Origin: Paraspadella gotoi
Lineage: Eukaryota > Animalia > Chaetognatha
Length of the DNA: 64,000 nucleotides
NCBI GenBank assembly: GCA_051294375.1
Contig: CM119266.1
Span: 3,093,812 to 3,157,811, forward strand
Reading direction: 5' to 3'
Part shown: positions 25,851 through 38,131 of the stretch, in pieces
Numbering within the stretch: position 1 is the first letter of the stretch
Layout: every line of letters starts with the position of its first letter
Translations under genes and position numbers: made by a program
The notes under the pieces: generated by a model
The model's database searches: none
Seen by the model: only the letters and a program-made list of their open reading frames with translations
Told to the model about the DNA's origin: nothing

Positions 25851-27466
25851 GAGAGAGAGAGAGGAGAGAATTGAAAAAAAGAACGAAGTAAATAAAGAAA
25901 GAGAAGAAAGAAAGAAGAAAGAAAGAAAGAAAGAAAAGAAAGAAAGAAAGAAAGAAAGAAAGAAAAGAAAAAAGAAAGAACAAAGAAAGAAGAGAAAGGA
26001 AGATACAGCAATAACGAACAAGCACTCCTCCTCCTCCTCCTCCTCCTCCTCCGCTTCACTTCATTTTTTATCTCTGACCCAAACACTCGCGATACTCCAT
26101 CACGCGATACTCCATCACTCTGGGGTGGCAGCGCTGTAGTGGCGCAATCTCTGCCTGCGGCATTCTTGTCTGGGTCAATTTCAAAAGGAGCAATCTCTAG
26201 TTTGGGCGATCTCAACTGGAGCGATCCCAAGTTGGGGCGATTTATGGTTGGGCAATCTCGCTGGGCCATTCCCTGTCGGGACAATATTGAATGGAAAAAT
26301 CTTTTATGGGGCTTCTGTGTGGGCNNNNNNNNNNNNNNNNNNNNNNNNNNNNNNNNNNNNNNNNNNNNNNNNNNNNNNNNNNNNNNNNNNNNNNNNNNNN
26401 NNNNNNNNNNNNNNNNNNNNNNNNNNNNNNNNNNNNNNNNNNNNNNNNNNNNNNNNNNNNNNNNNNNNNNNNNNNNNNNNNNNNNNNNNNNNNNNNNNNN
26501 NNNNNNNNNNNNNNNNNNNNNNNNNNNNNNNNNNNNNNNNNNNNNNNNNNNCGAAAATAGAATTTTTATGGATAAATCGTTTCTGACGGAGTTGACGTCA
26601 TGAATTATGACGTCACGAACTCTGCGTCATTTTATGACATCATGACGTTATCAATTATGACCTGGTGAAGTCATGACGTCCATCAGGAAGCAATTTAGAA
26701 ATAAATCTTCTTGAGTCTTGAAAGGATGAGACGCAAAACGATAATAGAGCGAAACGTTTCTTACTAACTTATGTAGAGCTAGAAGTTTTAAATAAATTGG
26801 AAAATAATTTTTAAAAAGGAAATGAAAATTATAATTATAGACTGTAGGAGACTCTTGCNNNNNNNNNNNNNNNNNNNNNNNNNNNNNNNNNNNNNNNNNN
26901 NNNAGTCTTTGACGTTTATCCGTCTGTGACTTTGTCCGAGGTCGTTGTCCCCGTTGGCCGTCGTCGTCGTCGTCGTCGTCGTCGTTATGGTGATCCTTTT
27001 TTTCTTCTCTTCCTCATCCCATCCTCCTCTCTCTCTTCTCTCTCTCTTCTCTTTCTCTCTCTCTCTCTTTTTGTTCTTTTTTTTCGCCCTGAATTCCAAA
27101 TGAGGAAATAAGCCTCCGGCAGATGACGCAGCCTTCACCTTTAACTTTCTCCTCTCGGCTTCTTTAACGTTTCCGATACGACGATGAATACAATGAATAC
27201 AATCATTAAACGATGCAATCAAAGAATCAAGAACGAATCTAATTATGAACCATTAGTTTCTTGCTTTAGTACAAGAAAAAATTGGCGCAGTTATGGCTAA
27301 ACTCGACATTTCTCTGCAAGATGCTCTCAGGGCATCAATCTCAAGACGTGTGTTTGAAAAATAATTTATTTGATTGTATTGATTTTACAATTGTTCATGC
27401 AAACTATTTTTTGGCGATTCGAATCTGGTTTTGTTTTCGTTTTAATTTTAATTGTTGCCATTTTCA

Positions 27467-27563
<97 letters not shown>

Positions 27564-28070
27564 AGACGCCTGAGTGGAAGAGTTGAAAGTGAAAAAAATG
27601 GTCACTTGACACAATTGAATTCATAAAAACATTATAGCTCTTCATTAATAGGGAAGCCAATCACTCCGGGAGTTAACAAACTAGACTGAGAAGGCATTGA
27701 TTGACAGCTTTGTCCGAGGGATAGAGGATAGAGGATAGAGGATAGAGGCCAAAACCATAACCTCTCGAAAAATAACAAAATTCCTTTTTTATTTTTATAT
27801 TGTTTGTATCAATTTCATAAATGGAAAATGAAATCAAGAGAAGCGATGAAACAAAAGAACATTTAAATAGGTGAAGATCGTCCCGCGTTTTGTTGATATT
27901 TTGACGTAATTCGCTCTCATTTGGCAAATCGACGCTTTTGGCCAGTAAACTTTCTTCTTAATCGCTTTCTCTTTTCACCGCCCACCCTCTCTCCTCACTC
28001 CTTCCTTCCTTCCTTTCTTTCTTTCTTTCTTTTTCTTTTCTTTCTTTCTTTGCTTTCTTTCTTTCTTTCT

Positions 28071-28105
<35 letters not shown>

Positions 28106-28187
28106 TTTCTTTATTTCTATTATTTATTTATCTCTTTCTTTCTTATTATTTATCTGCTTTCTTTCTTTCTTTATTTATTTATTGTAT

Positions 28188-28226
<39 letters not shown>

Positions 28227-28228
28227 TT

Positions 28229-28259
<31 letters not shown>

Positions 28260-28273
28260 TCTGTTTATTTCTC

Positions 28274-28312
<39 letters not shown>

Positions 28313-29598
28313 CTCTTTCTGTCTTTCTTTCTATTTTTTTCTGATAAACTCAAAACAAAAAAGAGGGAGGATCAGTCGTACGAGGAAAGAAGATTTTTCC
28401 ATGGGCGTCGAACGAACATAATTGTGTTCAATGTAAAATATACAATATTTGTACTCAATTACTCATAAAACTCAATTTTAGGCTTTTTTTAAATTTGCCC
28501 ATCAATTCTTTCACAACAAGGCGCATCCATCCTGCGCCCCTCTCTTCTCTCTCTTCTTCTCTTCTCTCTCTCTCTCTTTTGTCTTTTTTTTCGTCCGCGA
28601 ATTCCAAATGAGAGAACATAAGCCTCGCGGCAGAATGACGCGCCTTCACCTTTAACTTCTCTCCTCTCACGGCTTCTTAACGTTTCCAGAGCACGACCGA
28701 TCTGGGATTGGAGTACGAATTGAATACAACTCACTAATACGATGCTTGCAATCAGAAGAACCGTCTAAGAAACGAATCTAATATTGAACATTAGGTTTCT
28801 GCTTTAGTAGGGAAATGAAAAATGCCGCAGTTATGGCGCGTAAACTAGATCATTTCTCTGCAAGATGCTTTCAGTGGCATCAATCTCAAGACGCTGGGTG
28901 TTTTGAAAAATAATTATATTGATTAGTATTGATTGTTACAACTTGTCATGCAAACTATTTCTTTGGCGAGTTTGAATCTGGTTTTTTTTTCGTTTTAATT
29001 TTTAATTGTTGGCCATTTCATCGTTCTGTCGTCGTTCGTCGTGCGGTCGTCGTAGACGCCTCTGTCTAGTGGAAGAGTATGGAATAGTGCATAAAAGATG
29101 CAGTCACTTGACACAATTGAATTCATAAAAAACATTATAGCTCTTCATTAATAGGGAAATGCCAATTCTCTCTGGAGGTTAACAAAAACTAGAACTGAGG
29201 AAGGCATTGATTGACAGCTTGTCCGCAGGGATAGAGGATAGACGCGATTAGAGGATAGAGGCCAAAACGATAACCTCTCGAAAAATAAACAAATTCCTTT
29301 TTTATTTTTATTATTGTTTTGTATCAATTTCATAAATGGAAAATGGAAATCAGAGAAGCTGGATGAAACAAAAAAGAAAACATTTAAATAGGTGAAGAAT
29401 CGTTCCCGCGTTTTGTTGCATATTTTGACGTTAATTCGCTCTCATTTTGGCAAATCGACGACTTATTGGCCAGTAAACTTTCTTCTTAATCGCTTTCTCT
29501 TTTCACCGCCCACCCTCTCTCCTCACTCCTTCCTTCCTTCCTTTCTTTCTTTCTTTCTTTTTCTTTTCTTTCTTTCTTTGCTTTCTTTCTTTCTTTCT

Positions 29599-29633
<35 letters not shown>

Positions 29634-29715
29634 TTTCTTTATTTCTATTATTTATTTATCTCTTTCTTTCTTATTATTTATCTGCTTTCTTTCTTTCTTT
29701 ATTTATTTATTGTAT

Positions 29716-29754
<39 letters not shown>

Positions 29755-29756
29755 TT

Positions 29757-29787
<31 letters not shown>

Positions 29788-30860
29788 TCTGTTTATTTCT
29801 CTCTTTCTTTCTTTCTTTCTTTCTTTCGTTTCTTTCTTTCTTTCTTTCTCTCTTCTGTCTTTCTTTTCTATTTTTTTCCTGATGTAAACTCAAAACAAAA
29901 AGAGGGAGGATCAGTCGTACGAGGAAAAGAAGATTTTTCCATGGGCCGTTCGAAACGAACATAATTGTGTCAATGTAAAATATTACAATTTAATTGTACT
30001 CAATTACTCATAAAACTCAATTTTAGGCTTTGTTTTAAATTTGGCCATCAATTTCTTCAAGAACCAAGTGCTCTCTTAATTTATTTCTTATCTAAATTTA
30101 CATATCCCTTCGGCAGTAGTTGGAGGCTTTGTTTTCTTTGAGAGAGAGGAGAGAGCAGACGAGAGAGAGAGGAGACGAGACGATGGAGAGAGAGAGAGAG
30201 AGAGTGACGAGAGAGAGTGAGAGAGAGAGAGAGCAATAAAAGANNNNNNNNNNNNNNNNNNNNNNNNNAAAGCTGGATGGATTAATCCTCCCATTAGCGA
30301 TTGTGGGGCGTGAATAGGGTGGAGAAACAGGCTGGAGAGAGAAAGCGAGAAAAGTCAGTCAAATGAAGGAAATAAAATTGAGGAAAAAGGAAAAAAAAAA
30401 TAAAAAAGGGAAAATTAAAGAGAAGTGCTTTTAATAAAACTCTGTAAAGCAAGTAAAACTGCACCATGTCAGCTTTTGTTTTGATTTTCTCATTTGTTAT
30501 TGTTGCTCTTTTTGTTTTCTTGGGTTTTTTGCCAGTTGAGAGAAATTAAGCTTGGGATTTTTATTTTATTTGCTAAACTAAAAATTCTATATTTCAAGCT
30601 TTTTCCTAACCTCATTCTACTAATGTGAACTAACTTTTAAAAAACTTCGATAGTGAATTACTAAGTAAAACGAATAAGAAGAGATGTGATAATGCATTTG
30701 CAAATTTATTCATTAGCTTAAACACAATAAAAAAATTAAAAACATTTTTTTTTGGACTTACCTGCGTTATATCCAGAGAGCATAAAAGTTAAAAAAAGAA
30801 ACTTATATTAATAATTGTCACATAAACCATCTGTTGATGCTCTCATCTGTGCCATCTGTA
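20349..30860. repeat. Large noisy inverted duplication (20.35-20.86 kb vs 30.42-30.86 kb; 21.23-24.17 kb vs 26.02-28.52 kb) with an additional ~1.5-kb direct duplication (27.05-28.55 kb vs 28.55-30.06 kb)
   Basis: Example pairs: cgtgacgtcataattcatgac (23581) vs gtcatgaattatgacgtcacg (26597); gatggagtatcgcgagtgtgttgggtcagagataaaa (24093) vs 26066-26102; ttggcaaatcgacg..ggccagtaaactttcttcttaatcg at both 27921 and 29447. Confidence 0.9.
25300..25545 (-). repeat. 18-bp minisatellite (inverted relative of 31830-32170)
   Basis: Degenerate ttggtcaactggcataat units followed by (AATC)n. Confidence 0.85.
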
Positions 30861-31264
30861 CAACTGTACTTACTGCAAAATGAAAAAAACAAATGAGATA
30901 AAAGAAAAAAAACCTTTTTTTTGTCTTTAAAGACTCAAATCATTGACTTTTTTCTCTGCGGAAGGAGGAGGAGGAGGAAGAGGAGGAGGAGGGCGACAAT
31001 GATGACGACGACGACTTCTACAAAAACGGAGACGATGACAACGACGACGATGACGACGACGACAATCACGATAAGAACGACGATGACAACGACGACATTT
31101 TGAAGACAAGCGAAACCAAGGTCACGTCAATTACGAAGTATTGACAAAGTTTAATTGACAGGAATGATGGAGACAACGGAAATGATGACAAAGACGTCGG
31201 AAGAGGAAGACAAGGACAAATGCGGCCAGGAAATGAAGGGCAAATGACTTTCAAACTTAAGAGA

Positions 31265-31322
<58 letters not shown>

Positions 31323-31349
31323 CTATTTAAATTCGTCTGTCCAGTACCC

Positions 31350-31660
31350 ATCTTTTAGTTCAATTAAAGCTTGGCATGACAACAAGATTAAAAAAAATTG
31401 TTTAACATTTAAAAAATTGGTTTCGAATAAATTTTTCTATAATCCACTTTGTCGGTCCGTCGGTCCGCCCCCTCAATCTAGTCGGGCATTCACTTATATC
31501 ATGTCAGAAGATCGAATTATGATAAATTGTGCAAAAAAATGATGTCCCTCTATCCGACTATCTGTCCGTCCATCCGTCCCACCTTAGCAAAAAACTCCAA
31601 TTACTCGTGATTGGATGGATGGATTGGAATGAAATTTTGTGTGTGGGTAGGAAAGTGTGT
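31350..31660 (+). mobile_element. Second HINE/DINE-like remnant
   Basis: (GTCC/GTCG)n tracts at 31451-31468 and 31562-31580 followed by gattggaatgaaattttgtgtgtggg, resembling the core block of such elements. Confidence 0.4.
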
Positions 31661-31829
31661 GATTGATATAAAGTTTTGATGGAATCGTAGGAGTGAAAAA
31701 GAGTTTAAATTAGAAAACCAAAAGTCACATTTATTTGAGTTTTTAAAGTTTCCCACTCTCTATCTCTCTGATTGATTGATTGATGGATTGATTTATTGAT
31801 TTATTGAATGATTGATTGAGTGATTGATT

Positions 31830-32170
31830 GAACAAATTATGCCAGTTGACCAAATTAGTCAAGTGACCAAATTCTGCAAGTTGACCAAATTCTGCAAGTT
31901 GACCAAATTGTGCCAGTTGACCAAATTATGCAGGTTGAGTAAATTATGCCTATTGAGCAAATTATGCCAGTTGAGAAAATTATGCAAGTTGACCAAATTA
32001 TGCCAGTGGACCAAATTATGCCAGTTGACCAACTTAGGCCAGTTGACAAAATTATGCAAGTTTACCAAATTATGCCAGTTGACCAAATTTTGCCAGTTGA
32101 CCAAATAAAGCCACTTGATTAAATTATGCAACTTGACCAAATTATGCAAAATTATCAAATTATGCAAGCT
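31830..32170 (+). repeat. 18-bp minisatellite, consensus GTTGACCAAATTATGCCA, ~18 copies
   Basis: Direct reading; translates as LTKLCQ repeats (ORF 31824..32108). Confidence 0.93.
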
Positions 32171-32924
32171 GGTGTTGGCGCAGCTACTGGTTCATTTATA
32201 GATCAATTGATTTATAGTTTTTTCATAGATTTATTAAGAAATCTGTTATGACTTGTTATGTTACAATTTGTTATGAACTGTTAAGAAAGCAAATTGAAAG
32301 TCAGAAAATATTACCATGATTTATCATCGGATTAGCTTATTACCGCTTAATCATCGTAGGCAGATCCGACATTGTTTGCACAAACTTGTTTATAATAATT
32401 TGAGTGATATTTAATTTTTGATATAATGATACTCTATTTTTAGCCTTCGGAGTTAAAAGGAATAGAAATTATAATATGTTGTTGTTGTTGTCATCGTCGT
32501 CGTTGTTGTTGTTGTTTTTTTCATTCATTTTTTATATTCTTAAACGATAAAGTCACTACTGGTCAAACAAAGCGGAAATTTCGTCCTCAAATCATTGATA
32601 TAAATACAAAAGTCGAAACATGTTAGCCTTGTTAGGATAATTGGACTTTTCTTTTTTTATCTGTCGGCTTTTTTTTTCATTTTTCCATTTTTTTGGGGTT
32701 TTTTTGTTGTTTTTTTTTCTACTTTGTTGTCGTTTTGTGTTTTTGTTCCATCGACATTTATTTGTTCTTCTGTTGATTTCGTTTCGTCATTGGATCAAAA
32801 CATCGCGAATAATGGAGGAAAGACGAGAGAGAGAGAGAAAGAGAGAGAGAGAGATAGAAATGCTAAATAACCGAAGGCGTTGACTATTTATCTCTGCAAA
32901 GGAAGAAAACAAACGCAAAGAGAG

Positions 32925-32978
<54 letters not shown>

Positions 32979-33075
32979 GGCGGATTCAATTACGCTAAAC
33001 TAAAAATAGCTATATAACACGTGCAGAAGGCAATCGGAAAAAAAAGCGATTATGGTGTAGTGGATGGCAATTGAA

Positions 33076-33109
<34 letters not shown>

Positions 33110-33204
33110 CGACGACGATATTAACGAAGAGAACGACGTCACAAGTTATCAAAATATTGTGGCGAATCCTAAATTCGCCTCCCGTATAGCTTGTTGCAAC
33201 TCAG

Positions 33205-33570
33205 TTCATCCCATTGGCTTGGACAGCTAAGTACTTGTTCACTAACCGTGAGTTCCGGGTTCAATCTTCTTACGGTCACACTGGTTAAAGTGTGATGGTG
33301 TCGGCATAAACACGCCAGTGACATGCGGTGGTCACTGCAGGTCCAAAGCGCTGACCACCATCTGTCGGTAGATGCCTCACACCCCACATTGAAGCCATAG
33401 TAAGGTGGACACCATAAATTTTCATACAACCTCGCTACCCAGATGTAACCCCAGGCATCAAACATGTCCCCCCGTTGTCATAATATAACATTTACCGGGC
33501 TAAGTCTTTGTCACGTGACCATCCGTGGGAAAACTTACTCGACACATGGATGGCACAACGCCTTTCGTTA
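33205..33570 (+). mobile_element. Probable tRNA-derived SINE (Pol III head plus complex body)
   Basis: A-box-like tggcttggacagctaag (~33215) and B-box ggttcaatc (~33258) at tRNA-like spacing, followed by a GC-balanced body with no convincing coding frame. Confidence 0.45.
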
Positions 33571-33801
33571 TCAAGAATTGTAATGTATTTTTTGTGAAGA
33601 AAATATAAAAAATATTTTGATATTTTTGATAAATTATCATCTGATTAGCCTGTGATCTAAATTTTCGTGGGCAGATGGTTTCACTGTGCCACCTCTCTGC
33701 CATTTCGATGCCATTATGCCATCTGCCACATATCCGATTTCAGGTTAAACTCACGGAAAAAACCCAACGATTTATTCTGATTTGGCGAGAGACGCCCTAG
33801 A

Positions 33802-33837
<36 letters not shown>

Positions 33838-35960
33838 NNNNNNNNNNNNNNNNNNNNNNNNNNNNNNNNNNNNNNNNNNNNNNNNNNNNNNNNNNNNNNN
33901 NNNNNNNNNNNNNNNNNNNNNNNNNNNNNNNNNNNNNNNNNNNNNNNNNNNNNNNNNNNNNNNNNNNNNNNNNNNNNNNNNNNNNNNNNNNNNNNNNNNN
34001 NTCCAATGATTAATTCTCTGGTGATCTCTCCCAATTTCCATCTTTTATATTTATTCTCCGATTTTCATTTGAAATTCGGAACCAGAATATTCTTAACGAG
34101 AGATGGAGTTGTCCTTGTTGTCATTACAATGTTGTTGTTGTTGTTGTTGTAGATTTGTTTTTGTACTGATATTGCATAGAATTTCATGTATATCGAAAAA
34201 AAATGTTAAAAAAGATCTGCAATGATTTCATCCTACACATTTCAACCTTTCCAATTTTTTCATTTATTTTCTTCTTCTCGACACAAAAAAATATTTAATT
34301 TTATTCTTTTTAAGTTTTATCTTTATCATCTTTCTCTTTTCCGTCTTCATTCTTTGTGATAGATATCAGTTTTTTATATTTTATGAACGGAATTATATCA
34401 TAAGTATTGAAACAAAAGGTTAAACAATATACGTACAGCCGCCAGAAAACAGCCAGAACCTTTTTATAATTTTAAAGCGAAAATTCGCGGCAAAATTTAA
34501 ATTAGGAGATTAAAACTCTGGCGGAGACAAGAGGAACTTTTCAGGCGAGGCTCATTTCCCTTTTTTTTTTCGTCGGCCGTCGAAGCAGTTTTGGTGGCGC
34601 CACGAGGCCAGACGGCAGCCAACGACCGTGGCGCTTTGGATATTTGGTTAAAATTTGCACGAAAGTGGAACTGCTGATGGCGTAACGACCTATGGAGATC
34701 GCGACTCAGATGGTGACATCGCAGCTGTTATTTCTGATGGCGCCCAATAGAGATATACAGTAAAGCGTAGCAAAAATATTAATGCCATTGCAGATGTCGC
34801 CACGTCGAGGTGTTTAAAGAGATATTGCGATTAAAATGGCGAAAGAGAGATGAAAATAGGTGTATTTGATAAAGTACGTTTGATTTATATAAATAGATGG
34901 ATACTGGATAGACATTAGAAAGATCAGTAAATATATGATAAATGTTCACGACTTGATATTTAAAAAACCGACGATGAAAAACTAAGGAAACTAACTTATG
35001 AAAGATAAGGAAAGCAAAGTCGGCGACAACGGACAACAACTACAACAACAACAAAAAACGACGAGGACGAAAAAAATGGGAAAACTTGTCTTTCTTCTTT
35101 CCGAATTTCAACTTCGAAGTGAAAAAGAAAAATCGAAACGAAGTCGACGTTTTTTGTGAGATTGAATTCCGAGGATCGGGATCAGGGGCTTTTTCACCAA
35201 GCTGAGCTAAGCAGAGACCAACTGAGCTATTGTGAGCCAATATGAGTCAAGCAAGCCTGACAGCTGGGTCCATCGCCGAGCCAAGCAGAAAAATTCTGCG
35301 TCATTTTGAAATGGGTAACGTCATGTTGAGTCAGGATTAGGTGACTCAAAGATATGGAACGACTAGGTAATTCCGGCTTAACTCTCGAGGTAATGTTTTA
35401 CCACGACTACTTTTTGCAATATCCGAGATATCTATTTATCTTGCATCGTATCCCTTTGTCACAACGCCATTTCTTGAAAGAGAAGTATAGACCGAAAAGA
35501 GAGGAAGAGAAGAAGAAGAAGAAAATAATTAGTAGAGGCAGGTAAAGAGGAGAGAAGAAATGGAAGAGATAAAAAAGGAGGTAAAAGGATATAAAAGAGG
35601 AAGAGAGGAAAGAAGAAAAGAGAGGAGAGAGAAGGAAAAAGGGAAGGGAGAAGAAGAAGAAGGAGAGGAAGAAGAGTGGAGAGAGAGGAAGAAGAAGGAG
35701 AGAGAGGAAAAAGGAGAGAGAGGAAGAAGGAAAAGAAAGAGGAAGAAAGAGTGAGAAGAGAGAAGAAGAGAGGAGAGAGAGGAAAAAGGAAGAGAGAGTA
35801 AGAAGGAAAGAGAGGAAGAAGAGTAGAGAGAAGCAGGTGAGTAGAACTCAGTCACGCAAACTCGAAAAACATCCGGAGACAACGAGTTTTTAATCTCCCA
35901 CTTTAATTTGAATTTTTCAGTCCCCCCTTTTTCTCCTCCTGGGCCAAACTGAATGGGCCG

Positions 35961-36002
<42 letters not shown>

Positions 36003-36008
36003 CTCTCT

Positions 36009-36065
<57 letters not shown>

Positions 36066-36223
36066 GTCCGCCGAACAAATAAAATATCTTTTAATCCTTT
36101 GATTATTTGACTTTTTCTTCTTTTTTTTTGCACGCAAATTTATCGAATTTTTCAATTCTTCTTTATTTTAACTTATCACACAAAACCATTTTACATCATA
36201 TCCGCTGCTATTGTAAAAAAAAT

Positions 36224-38091
36224 ATGACATTTTTTTCGGCCATGAATTCGATCAGCGTCATTTTCTCTTCGCTGAATGCGATTTCCCTTTTGTTTTTGGC
36301 GCTGAATTCGCTGCGCGTCGACGCCGACGAAAGATGCGCCAAAATTCGACGAGTGACAAAATCTGGAGAAGAGGCGTTCGTGATTAAGAAGCCAAAAGAA
36401 TCAAGTAATACATATGAATACAGAGAAAGAGAAACAGAGAAAGAGAGAGATTTAATTGATTTATTTATTTACTTATTATGCAATAGAAAAATTTAACAAT
36501 TTTGTGATCCTAAAGATCCTCCAAACTCCACAGTCTCAAAATCTCAAAATTAAATGCAATATATATTAATTAATCTAATAATTAATCAGTTAGTTAATCA
36601 AATAGTCAATTAATTAATCAATAATTAATTAATAAGACAATCAATCAATTAATTATTCAATCAATGAATTTATTTATCAATTAATTAATTATTAAATAAA
36701 TCAATATTAAATAATATTAAATAATAATATTAAATAATTATTCAATCAATCAATCAAGTCAATCGTTATCGGAATTATTGTCGTCGTCGCCATCATCGTC
36801 GTCGTTGCTTTTGTCGTGGTCAGTGACGAAAAGACCTAAAAACAAACATTTCGGATCAAATTAATTAATTAATTAATTGCCTAATTAATTAATTAACTTG
36901 AATTATTTAATTAATTAATTACCGCTAATGATCGTGGACAGATCCGACATTATTGGCCCAAACTTGTTAATTTTACCCCTCACCCCTTTTCCCTCCCTCA
37001 ACATCAGATTCCAGCGGCAAGTCGCCCTGCGCCTCCGCCCCCTGCCCCAACGGCGCCCGCTGCCGCGACGGAGCAGAAGGGAAATTCGAGTGCAGCTGCG
37101 CATCGGGATGGACGGGCGCCACCTGCCAGACGAGTCAGCGTTATTGTTTTCGTTATTGTTTGTTTGTTTACTTTGTATTTTCATTCATTCATNNNNNNNN
37201 NNNNNNNNNNNNNNNNNAGAGAGAGATAACCAAAAGTCGCCATTTCCAACTTTGAGTCTTGGATTCAGTTGGTCGAGTCCGCGCCAAAAGTCGTCGCTGG
37301 CTTGGGTTCCCCCCCGCCCGGAAAAAAAACACCCAAACCGCCCTTAAAAAGAAAAAAAAAAAATTGGGGCGGTGCGAAAAGTAGAGTGGGGACGAGTGGG
37401 AGGCCGAGATTCATAAGGGTGAAAGAAAAATTACTACCGTATGATATACATATGGAGGCATGTAATGTATGCGATATTGCACATGCCTTATTGCATATTA
37501 TGTAGGTGGGATTAGGGTGCTAAGGAAAGGCTTGAAGAGTTGCTATCCGCAAACCTCTTTAGACCCTCTAGCAGCTCTTGTAATTGTTGACCAGGCTAGG
37601 GGGTTTTACAGGACCCCAAGGACGGTTTTAACGGCCGTCCTCACACTCTCACGCAGGGTTGGTAACCTGATGGTCACGAGCTTGATGGTATTACTCCAAT
37701 GATGCCACGGTCACGAACCGAAGGTGACATGATTGAATGGGCAATGATTCTAAAAAGCGGAGTGGTGAACATATTCGGCATAGGCTCGACTACATGTATA
37801 AATTAAAGAAACAGGGAAAAGGCAAGGGAAAGAAAGAAAGAAAGAGAAGAGAACGAGAGAAAGAGAAGAAAAGGACAGGAAAGATTCCAGTGGGAAGTAT
37901 GAAAATGAATGACGCGTAAGTGGCCAATCTGCTTTGGACCGAAGGGACTTGTTATTTGACGGTGTCCGACGTCGTTGATGTTTCGCCGCCTTTGGATCAA
38001 AGTCCATGAGGCTAGGTCGATTTCTCGAAGAGTCCTGAGAGAGAGAGAGAGAAGAGAGCAGAGAGAGAGACGAGAGAGAGAGGAGAGAGAG

Positions 38092-38131
<40 letters not shown>

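Noticed and set aside
26003-26060. Polybasic + CSLL (CaaX-like, Rho-type tail) in ORF 25670..26284
   Set aside because: No stop follows CSLL, the Arg run is a (CCT)n microsatellite, and the other copy (24140-24210) continues differently, pointing to a chimeric junction.
21290-29964. Long hydrophobic F/L/S/I/Y ORFs (21290..21994, 27921..28421, 29392..29964)
   Set aside because: Translations of (TTTA)n/(TTTC)n microsatellites, not membrane proteins.
34570-34760. GC-rich island as an extra upstream exon of the FReD gene
   Set aside because: No consistent open frame with splice sites; the FReD gene already has a signal-peptide first exon at 36224.
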